DNA of 64,000 nucleotides from a virus, in the IMG/VR virus record IMGVR_UViG_3300044970_002959, positions 1-64,000 of that record; one strand, 5' to 3'. Below are positions 9,654 to 20,800 of this stretch, in pieces. Made by a program: the position numbers and the translations under genes. How positions within the stretch are numbered: the first letter of the stretch is position 1; each line of letters starts with the position of its first letter. Below the pieces are notes generated by a model, which saw nothing but the letters and a program-made list of their open reading frames with translations, searched no databases and was not told the origin of the DNA.

Positions 9654-10625
9654 ATGGTATACGACCCAACATTCATGGGTGTTGAAGGCATAGGATCAAC
9701 ACAGATTATTAATGAACTAGAAAATAACTATAAGTCATTTCTGGACTGGGGTTTCTTAAGTGCTGGCGGATTCACTAATGTAAGCATACCCTCAACTAAC
9801 ATATCGGGTTTTGATTTACATAAACTAAAGCCAACAAAAGATAGCACCAAGCCCCAGAATACTGTGTGGCAAACTCCCAGAAAAGACTGGATATATGAAA
9901 GTGGTATTAATTATAATAGCTATTCACCTATAGAAATATCTGGAATTTATGTTAATGGTTCTTTCTATCCTGGACCCACAGGAAATTCTACCATAAGCTA
10001 TACCCTGAACTATCCAGAGGGACAGGTAGTGTTTAATAATCCAATACCACCAAGTAGTTCTGTTGAATTAAATTATAGCTATAGAAATATTCAAGTATAT
10101 AAAATGGAACAATTTCCATATTGGAGAGAGATTCAGTATCGCTCTCTAGAGAATAAAACCGGATTCAACCTGTCCGACAAGGGAGACTTTTCAATAGGAG
10201 CGGAACACAGAATACAGTTGCCTTCTGTTATTATCGAAACGGTCGCTAGATCAAATTCTAGGCCTTATAGATTAGGAGATAAATCTCTATATATCGAACA
10301 AGATATCTTACTTCATATTTTATCTGATAATTCTAAGGATAAAAATAATATTACAGATATACTTAGGCTTCAAGAAGATAGAGTCATATGGTTATATAAT
10401 ACGGACAAAATTATTAAGGGTGGAATTTTTCCACTAAAGTATAATGGAAGCAAAAACTTAACTGGTCAAAATTATGATATAACCATAAATGATACGCAAT
10501 ATCAGTGGATTAAATGTCAATTAAAAAATGTTAGTATTTCTGATATGACATTCACTAATATGAGAATGTATGGTAGCATAGTAAGAGTAACAAATGAGAT
10601 TATTTATACTGAATTTGGTAACTAG
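9654..10625 (+). CDS. putative tail terminator/completion protein
   Basis: Immediately upstream of the tail tube genes; 'LPSVIIE' motif. Confidence 0.4.
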   Translation: MVYDPTFMGVEGIGSTQIINELENNYKSFLDWGFLSAGGFTNVSIPSTNISGFDLHKLKPTKDSTKPQNTVWQTPRKDWIYESGINYNSYSPIEISGIYVNGSFYPGPTGNSTISYTLNYPEGQVVFNNPIPPSSSVELNYSYRNIQVYKMEQFPYWREIQYRSLENKTGFNLSDKGDFSIGAEHRIQLPSVIIETVARSNSRPYRLGDKSLYIEQDILLHILSDNSKDKNNITDILRLQEDRVIWLYNTDKIIKGGIFPLKYNGSKNLTGQNYDITINDTQYQWIKCQLKNVSISDMTFTNMRMYGSIVRVTNEIIYTEFGN

Positions 10626-10680
10626 TAATTTGGTCAAATATCAATAAAAATATATCAAAAAAGCATAAATCTATTTCCTA

Positions 10681-10696
10681 GGTGTATTATAGATTG
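10681..10696 (+). promoter_or_regulatory. putative late promoter GGTGTATTATAG before tail tube gene
   Basis: Same motif, in a 130-bp intergenic gap upstream of a GGAGA RBS. Confidence 0.6.
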
Positions 10697-10755
10697 ATCC
10701 TCTATATGAGTCGAAAACGATACATTTAACCCAGTCTGACAGATGGAGATTTACA

Positions 10756-11661
10756 ATGGCAAATAATCGTGTTTTTTATGCTAGTCAGGGCGTAGCAATT
10801 CAGCCCTCGGGCGGCACACAAACAACCGTCCAGGGTGCTCAAAGCGCCGGTGTAACAACAAATTTTAACCTTGAGCAAGCGTTCCAGTTGGGTCAGCTAG
10901 CAATCTATGATAACATCGTTACAGACCCCGAAGTAGAAGTTACTGTTTCTAAGGTTCTTGATGGTCGCCCAACCATCTGGAATCTAGCTACTGGTGGTGG
11001 CTCATTGATCAATAATGCCAATGATTCGGTTTCGGTAGTTATTGGCGTAGGCGATGATACAGAGGATAGTTTAACCAGCACAACAGCCGTGAAATGCACA
11101 GGCATGTTTATCTCTTCTGTGAATTATACCTTTCCTGTTGATGGTAATTTTACAGAGGAAGTTACTTTCGTTGGCAACAATAAAAAGGCTGAAGGCAGCG
11201 TTAGTGCTCCAACCTCTTCTGGTGCAGTAGTGTTGCGCAGACAGAATTTAGCAACCAGTACTCTTCCAACAGAAGTTGCTGGTCAGAACATTACCAATAT
11301 CACAATTAGTGCTGATCTTGGTCGTGAGAGTATGTATAAGTTAGGCCAGTACGCTCCTTTCCATCGTTTCGTTAACTTCCCACTAGAAGTTACAACAGAA
11401 ATCGAGGTAAGTGCGACTGGTATTGATACAACAGCTGTTGATCTATCCACAGTAACATGTACTACTGCTGGTCTTCCAGAAGAGCAGGATATTGTTATCA
11501 ATCTTTGCGAAGGTAGTGGTGGCACAACCTATTATACATTTAATTTAGGTGCTAAGAATCGTCTACAGTCTGTTAACTACAGTGGTGGTGATACGGGCGG
11601 TGGAAATGCAACAATCACATATACCTACGTTACTTATAACGAACTATCAATTAGTGGTTAA
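10756..11661 (+). CDS. major tail tube protein
   Basis: 301 aa, Thr/Gly/Ser/Val-rich beta protein with an internal two-fold pattern; strong RBS; upstream of the chaperones and TMP. Confidence 0.7.
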   Translation: MANNRVFYASQGVAIQPSGGTQTTVQGAQSAGVTTNFNLEQAFQLGQLAIYDNIVTDPEVEVTVSKVLDGRPTIWNLATGGGSLINNANDSVSVVIGVGDDTEDSLTSTTAVKCTGMFISSVNYTFPVDGNFTEEVTFVGNNKKAEGSVSAPTSSGAVVLRRQNLATSTLPTEVAGQNITNITISADLGRESMYKLGQYAPFHRFVNFPLEVTTEIEVSATGIDTTAVDLSTVTCTTAGLPEEQDIVINLCEGSGGTTYYTFNLGAKNRLQSVNYSGGDTGGGNATITYTYVTYNELSISG

Positions 11662-11699
11662 TAATTAACAGACGGTAAACAAACTAAAAGGAAAAGTTT

Positions 11700-12596
11700 G
11701 TGTCAGGAAATCAGAGAGTATTTTACTCGTGTTTAGGAGTGTCTGTTGGTGGCGGATCAAGACTAGCCGGAGCAACATCGGTTGGGATTTCCGGATCAAG
11801 AAGCATTTCCAATATATACGCATCTCAGAATAAAAACGCAGTAGCAACCTACGCTAATCTTCCCGAAATAGAAATTAGCGTAGGAAGCTACCTATCTTCT
11901 TTTGTCTCACTAGAGAATGAGCCAGGACTCAACTCGTGGACAACCGTCGAGGTATATGCTGGATCAGACACATGCCCAGTATTGGCAGCTAATCAAAAAA
12001 ATGTATTTAATTATGTACTATTAGATAGTATCAAATATAATTTACCAGCAGATGGATTCTTTACTGTTGAAAGATCCTATAAGGGAATAAACAAAAAGCC
12101 TTGTACCGTTAATGAGACGTGTAATGAAACAGACACAGGAACCGACGGAATAGTTAAAACAAGACAATACTATGTGGATGGTAGGCCTAGTGTTATAGGA
12201 GATAATCCAATATCAAATATATCTATTGATGCTAAAATTAATAGAAATTTTGTAGGAGAGTTTGGAACACGCAAACCATATGCAGCATATATAAATTTTC
12301 CTATAGAGATTGCTTGTACCTATGAGTGTACTGTTCAGGATTTTGACTCTATATCATTTGATCTAGAACAAACAGCATGTAAAAATGGACCGAGCTATAA
12401 AGAATCAATAAATGTAAATATTTGCGGAAGCAGCTTCTCCATTCCGGATGCTCAACTCACAGCTTTTAGTTATAGCGGAGCAGAAGCGGGAGATAACTCT
12501 AATCTTAAATTATCGGTTACATATACAGGATATTCTACGCCAGCAAATATAGCACCCGTTATCATTCTACCAGACAACTTCACTAGCCCATGCTAG
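11700..12596 (+). CDS. second tail-tube-like protein (paralog of 10756..11661)
   Basis: Colinear similarity: NRVFY/QRVFY, PEVEV/PEIEI, YTFPVDGNFT/YNLPADGFFT, VNFPLEV/INFPIEI, YSGGD/YSGAE; GTG start. Confidence 0.65.
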   Translation: MSGNQRVFYSCLGVSVGGGSRLAGATSVGISGSRSISNIYASQNKNAVATYANLPEIEISVGSYLSSFVSLENEPGLNSWTTVEVYAGSDTCPVLAANQKNVFNYVLLDSIKYNLPADGFFTVERSYKGINKKPCTVNETCNETDTGTDGIVKTRQYYVDGRPSVIGDNPISNISIDAKINRNFVGEFGTRKPYAAYINFPIEIACTYECTVQDFDSISFDLEQTACKNGPSYKESINVNICGSSFSIPDAQLTAFSYSGAEAGDNSNLKLSVTYTGYSTPANIAPVIILPDNFTSPC

Positions 12597-13654
12597 AAAA
12601 TACATCAACGGAAAATTTGAATAAGCTTTTATATAGAATTATTTTAGGATATTATTACATTTTTATTAATAACCAAAAATACAAAATAGTATATCCTAAT
12701 ATTAATATCAAATACGAAGCTGAGATACTTTATGATTCTGTCATAGAAGAAAATAAATACGATAAGGCTTGGCTTACAGACAAAGAAATAGAATTCCAGT
12801 TGGGTGTTCTTGGGTTGTGGGGAAAAGACAAAGAAAAGACACTAAAGGATCTAGAGACGGGACTAGAGGATACAAAAATTGAGCTTTATCTAAACTTTAC
12901 CAACCAAGACAAGAAAAAGAAACATAAAAAAGAAATACAAAATATTATTAAAAAAATAGCAGAACTTCTTAATCAAAAAAACATCTTTAATCATTTAAGT
13001 ATAAAAGAGTATGCTTTTAGTATTAAAAATGAATTTATTATCATGAACACTATTTATAATAGTAATAATAGATTGCACTTCAGAAACCCACAAAAGAACA
13101 CACATAAATATAAAGAATTGCAGCTTTTTATTAAAGAGATATTAGATAACTCGGTACATCCAACACACATTAGAGAATTAGCAAAGTCTGATATTTGGAG
13201 ATCTTATACCGCAGCAACAGTACTAGAAAAAAATATAGCAGATATTAACGATGATTATAAAAACTTAATCAATATACATAAGATGTATGATTCCGCAAAG
13301 CAGCATCCCGAGGCTCCTTCTGATGATATATTCAAAGATGACGATGCTCTAGACGGATGGTTTATATTTCAGGGTCGTAAATCCGAAAAAGAAAAGAAGA
13401 AAAATGCTATTATGGATCGAATTGGGGGTAATATAAAGAATGCCGGCGAAGTATTTTTGATGACCGACGATAAACAGGAAGCTAAAGACATCTATAGTCT
13501 CAATGATGCGGAAACTAATAACAACATACAGGAAATAAAAAGATTGCAGAAAGAAAAAGGAAGTGTTGAGTGGCAAGATCTTCCTTTTGTAAAGAGACAA
13601 GTGCAACAAAAGATGCAGGCCGAGTCTAAGAATATCATAAGGAAAAAATCATGA
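12590..13654 (+). CDS. putative tail assembly chaperone (paralog of 13962..14813)
   Basis: Between tube and TMP; shares the EA..Y...GLW..K..L..L pattern with 13962..14813. Confidence 0.45.
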   Translation: MLENTSTENLNKLLYRIILGYYYIFINNQKYKIVYPNINIKYEAEILYDSVIEENKYDKAWLTDKEIEFQLGVLGLWGKDKEKTLKDLETGLEDTKIELYLNFTNQDKKKKHKKEIQNIIKKIAELLNQKNIFNHLSIKEYAFSIKNEFIIMNTIYNSNNRLHFRNPQKNTHKYKELQLFIKEILDNSVHPTHIRELAKSDIWRSYTAATVLEKNIADINDDYKNLINIHKMYDSAKQHPEAPSDDIFKDDDALDGWFIFQGRKSEKEKKKNAIMDRIGGNIKNAGEVFLMTDDKQEAKDIYSLNDAETNNNIQEIKRLQKEKGSVEWQDLPFVKRQVQQKMQAESKNIIRKKS

Positions 13655-13965
13655 ATAATAGACAGTATAAAAAAGGAATTATTAATCAGGTTACCAAAAG
13701 ATTTCAAACCACAATCATTGGTGGCTTAGCAAGATTTGAAGAAAATTTTGGATATTTGTGGGGACACAATTCAGACAAAGACTTAACAGAAAAACAAAAA
13801 GAGTTTGCTGACATGTGGGAGTACGTTAGAACATCTATTCTGAACCATGGAAATAATCAGATGAGGCAAGCAATAGATGAGATTATTGAGCATATAGAGC
13901 AAGAAAACAATCTTTATAGATATCACTTTATTATTAAGAACAAAGAGGAAAGGGGACAGCAATGA
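13651..13965 (+). CDS. hypothetical protein
   Basis: 104 aa, ATGA-coupled to both neighbours. Confidence 0.6.
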   Translation: MNNRQYKKGIINQVTKRFQTTIIGGLARFEENFGYLWGHNSDKDLTEKQKEFADMWEYVRTSILNHGNNQMRQAIDEIIEHIEQENNLYRYHFIIKNKEERGQQ

Positions 13966-14813
13966 TTACAGATTCATTCAAGATAGTACTAGACGGAAAA
14001 GAAGAGGACTTTACAATTAAGTCGCCATCTTTGGCGGACCAAAGAGAAGCTCAGAAGGTATATAATCAAGCATTCTCTGATGCTGTGAAGTCTGGATGCA
14101 TTGTTAGGGCCAGACTAGACGATCTATTAAAAGAGCAGGGGCTCTGGGACGAAAGTAAACAACTTAAATTTAACACGCTACAGCAAGAGCTGCTAGATCA
14201 CGAAAGAACACTATCAAAGGGTGGTATTAGTCTTAAAATGGCTAAAGAAATAGCAATTAAGATGAAAAACACCAGAGAGGATCTTAGAGAGCTAATTAGC
14301 GTAAGAACCAATCTTGATAATCATACCGCTGAAGGTCAGGCTGATAATGCTAGATTTAACTATTTAATATCAGCATCATTGGTGTATTCCAATAATACGG
14401 ATAAGAAATATTTTCAAGATTATGCTGACTATTTGCGAAGAGCGTCCGAGCCAATTGCTATAAAAGCGGCCCAAGTTCTAGCAAATATGTTGTATGGTCT
14501 AGATAATGATTATGAAAAGAAATTGCCAGAAAATAAGTTTCTTATTAAGTATAGATTTGTTGACGATAAATTGAGATTGGTAAACAAAGATGGTCACTTG
14601 GTTGATGCTGAAGGAAGACTCATAGATGAGTTTGGAAGATTTGTCAATGCGAGTGGCCAGTTTGTAGATAAAAACGGTAATTTGGTAGATGAAAACGGAG
14701 ATTACTTAACAGAATTTAAGCCCTTTACTGATGACGACGGTAATCCGATTTTAGAAGATGGAAATAAGGATGATAACACAAAACAGACAGAAGAGCCAAA
14801 AGCGTCCGAATAA
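13962..14813 (+). CDS. putative tail assembly chaperone with 7-aa hVDxxG repeats
   Basis: Immediately upstream of the TMP; C-terminal LVNKDGH-LVDAEGR-LIDEFGR-FVNASGQ-FVDKNGN-LVDENGD. Confidence 0.55.
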   Translation: MITDSFKIVLDGKEEDFTIKSPSLADQREAQKVYNQAFSDAVKSGCIVRARLDDLLKEQGLWDESKQLKFNTLQQELLDHERTLSKGGISLKMAKEIAIKMKNTREDLRELISVRTNLDNHTAEGQADNARFNYLISASLVYSNNTDKKYFQDYADYLRRASEPIAIKAAQVLANMLYGLDNDYEKKLPENKFLIKYRFVDDKLRLVNKDGHLVDAEGRLIDEFGRFVNASGQFVDKNGNLVDENGDYLTEFKPFTDDDGNPILEDGNKDDNTKQTEEPKASE

Positions 14814-14838
14814 TATTGCGTCACTTTTTTTAAATAAG

Positions 14839-14880
14839 CAAAGAGACATCATGATGTATTTCGTGGTGTCTTTTTGATTT
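14839..14880 (+). terminator. hairpin/attenuator immediately upstream of TMP
   Basis: 16-bp stem (14839-14854 with 14861-14876) containing three G-U pairs; T-rich 3' side. Confidence 0.6.
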
Positions 14881-14893
14881 TATGGAGTAATTA

Positions 14894-17800
14894 ATGGCCG
14901 CATTTAATCTTACAGCAGAACTAAATATTAGAGGGCCGTCGAACCTAAATAGGGTTGTTGCGGATATACGCAGACAGCTTTCCACAGTTTCTTTAGATGT
15001 TAATATAAACCCCAATACTTCTAGGGGTATACAAGCAGTAACTAGAGACGTAAGAGATTTAAGTGCCGCATTAAGAGATGCTCAGTCTAATGCTGTTGCG
15101 CTTGGGGCCGCATTGAGGGGTATTGGTGGCAGTTTTAATAATTTGTCATCATCTGTTAACAACATAGGTAATAGTCTTGGTAGAGTAAGCACATCATCTA
15201 CTGCTGTGTCCACCAGTATAAAAGCGGCATCGTCAGAAATGGCAGAGTTCGGTAAGCAGTCAGCTTTGGCTATTAGAAGATTTGCTGCGTTTAGCGTAGC
15301 GACGGGCGCTGTTTATACACTAGGAAAGGCTATCGCATCAGCATATTCTGAATTCGTAACATTCAATCAAGAGTTTGTTAGACTACAACAGGTAACAGAT
15401 ACTACCAAGGCTGGTCTAGGTGGATTAGCTTCTGAGATTACAAGATTATCGACCAACTTAGGCGTTAGCTCTTCGGAGCTGTTAAATGTGTCGGTAACAC
15501 TAGCTCAGGCAGGCTTAAGCGCCGGAGAAACAAAGCAGGCATTAGAAGCATTAGCTAAATCAGCACTCGCTCCGTCGTTCGATGGCCTTAACGAAACTGT
15601 CGAGGGAAGTATCGCTTTGATGAGACAGTTCGGCATTGGTGCTGGAGAACTTGAATCCGCTCTTGGATCGGTAAACGCCGTTGCTGCAAAATTCGCCGTA
15701 GAAGCCAGCGATATTATTACTGCTATTCAAAGAACCGGTGGTGTGTTTGCCGCTGCTAGTCAAGGAGTAAGTCAGGGGAAAGATGCTCTCAATGAGTTCT
15801 TGGCAGTATTTACAAGTGTAAGAGCCACTACTCGTGAAAGCGCAGAAACTATCGCTACCGGTTTAAGAACTATTTTTACCAGAATACAAAGAACATCCAC
15901 AATAGATTCTCTAAAAGAGTTTGGTATTACTCTAACTGATTTAGAAGGTAAGTTCGTCGGTCCTTTTGAAGCGATTAGGAGACTCTCTGATGGTCTTAGA
16001 ACACTAGATCCTAGAGATCTAAGATTCTCCGAGATAGTGGAAGAGCTTGGTGGTTTCAGACAGATCGGTAAGGTTATTCCTCTTATCCAACAGTTTGCTA
16101 CAGCGCAACAAGCTCTTTCTGTTGCCCAAAAGGGTTCGGGATCGCTCGCTAATGATGCGGCTACAGCCCAAGAAGCACTTGCTGTGAGAATAACAAAAGT
16201 TAGAGAGCAATTCATATCTCTAGTAAGAGACATAGGACAAAGCTCAAACTTTCAAGCGTTCGCAGACGTTTCCTTAAAGCTAGCCAGCGCATTAATATCC
16301 GTAGCAGATGCTGCTAAAGATGTGCTACCCGCTCTTGCTGCTATTACCGCTATTAGGGGTGTTGGCGCTTTGGGTCAGTTTTTTGGTGGTTTTAGCGGAG
16401 GAGTAAGTCGTCGTCCAAGAGGTTTTGCTACTGGTGGCGTTGTTCCTGGTAGCGGAAACGGAGATACTGTTCCCGCGATGCTCACTCCCGGAGAGTTTGT
16501 TATTCGCAAAAAAGCGGTAGCAGCTATTGGTACTAGTAATTTGCATAGAATGAATAAATATGCTGGTGGGGGCAGAGTCAAAAAATTTGCTAGAGGCGGA
16601 ATAGCAAATGCTCCAATGGTAGATGATATTATTCAAACTAGCGGATCAATACTACCAAAACCATCTTCGATACAAGATCTAATAAAAGCTGGCGGTGGCG
16701 GCGTTGATGTAGATAGAACACTCATAAGAACCACAGGAGATAAAGCGTACAGTAGCGCTCCGGGGAGCTCCAAGAATGCTGTTTTATCCAAGTACTTTAG
16801 GGACGACGAGAATAGACTAAAAGATATACAATCATCACCACTAACATCATTTGGTAGAGCACTACAACAAGCTATTCGTGCTGGAGAACTAAAGGCCGCT
16901 AACGTTAGCATTATTAGTAAGTCTCGTAGAACACGAGGCGTTCCAGAATATTTAAGTCAACTTTTTGGCATCCCAGTTCAAAATATGGTATTTACTCAAG
17001 GAGGAGACAAGCAGCCCGCTATGGATGCTATTAGGTCTAAGGGTCCAAGAGCAAACAGGGTCTCTAGATTTGCTCTGGGCGGACTGGTACAAAGATTTGC
17101 ACAAAAGGGGACCGGTTCGTACAGATCTGGTACTGTTAAGCCATTAAGTCCAGAAGAGCAATCCGAACTATCTGGTTTGCTTAGTCTAGAAAAAAGATGG
17201 CAAGACTCGGGACAAAAACTAAGAGCATTTACATCCGATAAACAATCTAGATTATCCCAACTTAAGTCTCGTAAAGAATTAGGCGGCGCGCAATCAGACG
17301 AAATTATTAATGGAATAAAGCTATCTAAAACATTCGGCGTTTCATTTTTAGAGGGTGGAGCACCAGATATCTCTGCTACCATAAGCGATGTATTGGCTAG
17401 AGGTAATGCTACTGGCGTAGACAAGCTTAGGGAATTTATCGGGAATAAACAAAAGGCTAGAGGAGCTAGAATAACAACAGACGGCAAAAGTAGTACTTTA
17501 TCTCCAGGAGGTAAAGATATTTTTGATAGACAAATTATGAATGGATTGCCAGATCTATTTGATAATGCAGTAGCCGCTTTGCCAGAGCCACTAAGACCCG
17601 GAAGAGGGCAAGTATCAACAGATCAACTAATAAGCTCCTCTGCCAGACAAGCAGTAAAGGGCTATTTTTTTGAAGCCTTTATTAGAAGAGCTAGTCAAAA
17701 TCTATTATCAGATAATGACACAACAGACGCAATTTTTGATTTTACTGGGGCTGGCAACAAGGAGGCATTAGGAAGGCTATTTGGCGGTAGATTTGTGACG

Positions 17801-20800
17801 CCAAATGAATTTAAGGTATCTCCCACTCCTGAAAATATTGCTAATGCTATTTCCAAAGCCATAGCTATTAGTTCGCCATCAGCACTCCAATACTTTAATA
17901 GTGGAGGTAGTGTAGAGGACACGGTTCCAGCGCTCTTAACCCCAGGAGAGTTTGTTATTAACAAAAGAGCGGCCTCTAGACTAGGAGCTGCAAAATTAAA
18001 TCAACTTAATAAAGCAGATAAGGTCCAAGGATTCAATAAGGGCGGTGTTGTTCAAAGATTTGCTGGCGGAGGCTCGGTACTCCCAGCCAGACCCGAAAAT
18101 CCCACAAGAGGAAATACTACCGCTGTTGGCGCGGCCATAGCAGCAATCAATGAAATGTCTTCTGCTTTAGAAGCACTAGGTTTATCAGCGTCCGCTTCTT
18201 CTAGACTGATAGAGGCTGGAGGAGCTATTAGTATAGCAGTATCTGAAAGAGCGCTTCAAGCGGATGTTAATAGACTTAGAATGGCTGGCGCCTCTGCTAC
18301 AGATATCTATAGAGCAGAACAACAGCTTGCTAATGTTAGAGAACAAAATGCCAATAAGCTCAATACTCAACAAATTATGAGTGGTGCTACTGGTGGTACT
18401 CTACAAGATATTCAAACCAGAGCAGAAACCGAAAGAGAAAGACTACTAGATGAGCGCCGAACAATTATGGCCTCTCGCGGCAGAACACAACAGGAGATAG
18501 AAGAAACTCTTGCTAATGACACCGGCTTCCAAGACCATGTTAGACGCAGAAGTTACGAAACTGCAACAACAGCAGTAACTGGGGCTCCGGCCAGAAGCAT
18601 GAGAGACGCTGGCGTAACCGGAGCAGATATCGAACAGTATGTTAATCAGAGCATGATGGACAGGAGAACCCTTGCCCAGATGGATGCTCAATTAATACGA
18701 ACAAGAGAACAAGAGCTAAGAAGTAGTGCTGCTTTCGCGTCAGCATCATCTACCGAACAACGAAGAATGCTAGGAGAATTAAGAGCAAGGAATAATGAAG
18801 AAATTAGAGAGAGACGCAATATAGTTAATCAGTTGGCCAAAGACAGGGGCATGACATCTGGCTTAACTGGTGCTGTTGGTAGAGGATTTAGAACAACTGG
18901 CGCTTTGTTCGGTATGGGTACATTTGCTGAAAATGAGAATGTTCCTGGTGGTGGTATGGGTGGTAGACTGAATAGATTTAGTGCTGGCGCGCAAAGAGCT
19001 GGTTTGGGCTTGAGTTTGGCTGGTGGTATGATAGGCAATACTATTGGCGATGCGATAGGAGGCAAAACCGGAGCTGGAATAGGTGCCGCAACATCTGCTT
19101 TTGCTAGTAGTGTTGGAGTTGGCGCTATGTTTGGTCCTGTAGGCGCTCTTGCCGGTGTTGTTACCGGAGCAACAGCAGCTATCAAAGCATGGACAGATGC
19201 TGTATCCGATGCTACCCTAGCAGAAGAAGCTAGTAAAACAGAGAAAGCATCCATTAAGATACAAAAAGGTTTTGAAAAACTAGAAAAAAGTACCACAAAC
19301 GCAGAATCTTCTTCTCTTATCAAAGATATTGTGGATAATCTTAGAAGCACATCTGGTAGCTTTTCTAGGTCTGTAAATAGCACCACAGACAAGATTGCTC
19401 CCGCATCGGGCTGGTCTGGCTTTTTTGCAGACCTTGGTAATTCCACAGCTAATATCACATCAGAAATAGCATCACAGGGTTTTGAGTCTTTAGGAAACAT
19501 ACTCAAGTCCGGATTGAATCTGACTGGCTTAACCAATATGCCTATTCAAGACACACCAGCTAATTTTAACGGCTTCAGAAGAGAAATAGACACAAATCAA
19601 CTAGGTAAAGAAATAGCAGCATTAGCTCGAAATAGTCAAGTTAATAGAGACCTACCACAATTGTTTGAACAAGGATTACGCAAAGGTAGAACATTCGAGC
19701 AAATATCTGCCGAAATTGGACCAGACTCTCTTGCTTCTATGAAGGAAATATTTGCTGTTTCTCAAGGCAATGAGACGATAACAAGTTTGATGGCAGATAG
19801 ATCCGCCGCTAGACAACAGCTTTCTCAGGCCGATACCGATGAGGATAGAGACAGGATAAAGAGAAGAATAGATAATCTTAATAAGTTAATTAGACGTATA
19901 GCAGAAGAATCGTTTAATAATGATATTAAGAAGAGTATTGTTGATAAAATAGCAGCAGAAAAGAAACTAGAACAAGCAGCAGCATCCGCAACCGTTCGCA
20001 TAAATTTATTTGCTAGTGTGTTAAACGACATATCTTCCGCAGTTAATAAGGCTGGTGTGGATTTCCAGGCAGCTCAAAGACAAATAGAAATTAATCTTGG
20101 GAGTGCATTTGGAGATCAGGTTCAGATGGCTGGCCCAGACAGAAGAAACGAAAATGTATTGGAGAATATGAGTGCTTATTCTGTTGAGGCTATTAGATCA
20201 GAGATTGGTAAGATCGGGTCTGATCTTAAGTTTAATCCGGCTGTGGTTCAAGAGGCTCAGTCGGCAGCCACGAATAAGAAAATTTTAGAAACAGAATTAC
20301 CGAAAATACTATCAGAAATTGCGGCTAAAGAAAAGAAGGGCTTCGACCCAGAAGGATCTGCTGCTCAAGTTATTAGAAATAGACTGTCCACAGTGCTAGA
20401 GGGGAAGGTAGATGATCCTAATGCTATAATTAGTAATGTAATAGCTAAAATCACAGAAAAAATCCAAACCAATTCTAGACAGGGACTAACAGTAGAGGAA
20501 TTATCTAAAGACAATAATGCTATTAATGAAATATTGAGCTCTGATACTAAAACACTAGAAATATTTAATAATCTAATTAAAATGGCCAATGATCAAGTGG
20601 CCGCACTAACAGCCTCATTTAATAGATTTTCTGGCCAACTAAATAGATTTTCAGAACTACAAATACAAAAAGAAAATATCGGAATAGAAGGAGAAAATCA
20701 GTTAACACAAGCTCTGGGTGGAAATCTTAGCTTGTTTGATATGAATGAACCTTTTGAGAATGCTATAGATATTCTTACTTCCAGAATCGGTGCTGATGGA

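Noticed and set aside
10756-14813. Contractile tail sheath or contractile injection system
   Set aside because: No sheath-sized gene or baseplate wedge (gpJ-like) motifs were recognised; the organisation fits a non-contractile tail.
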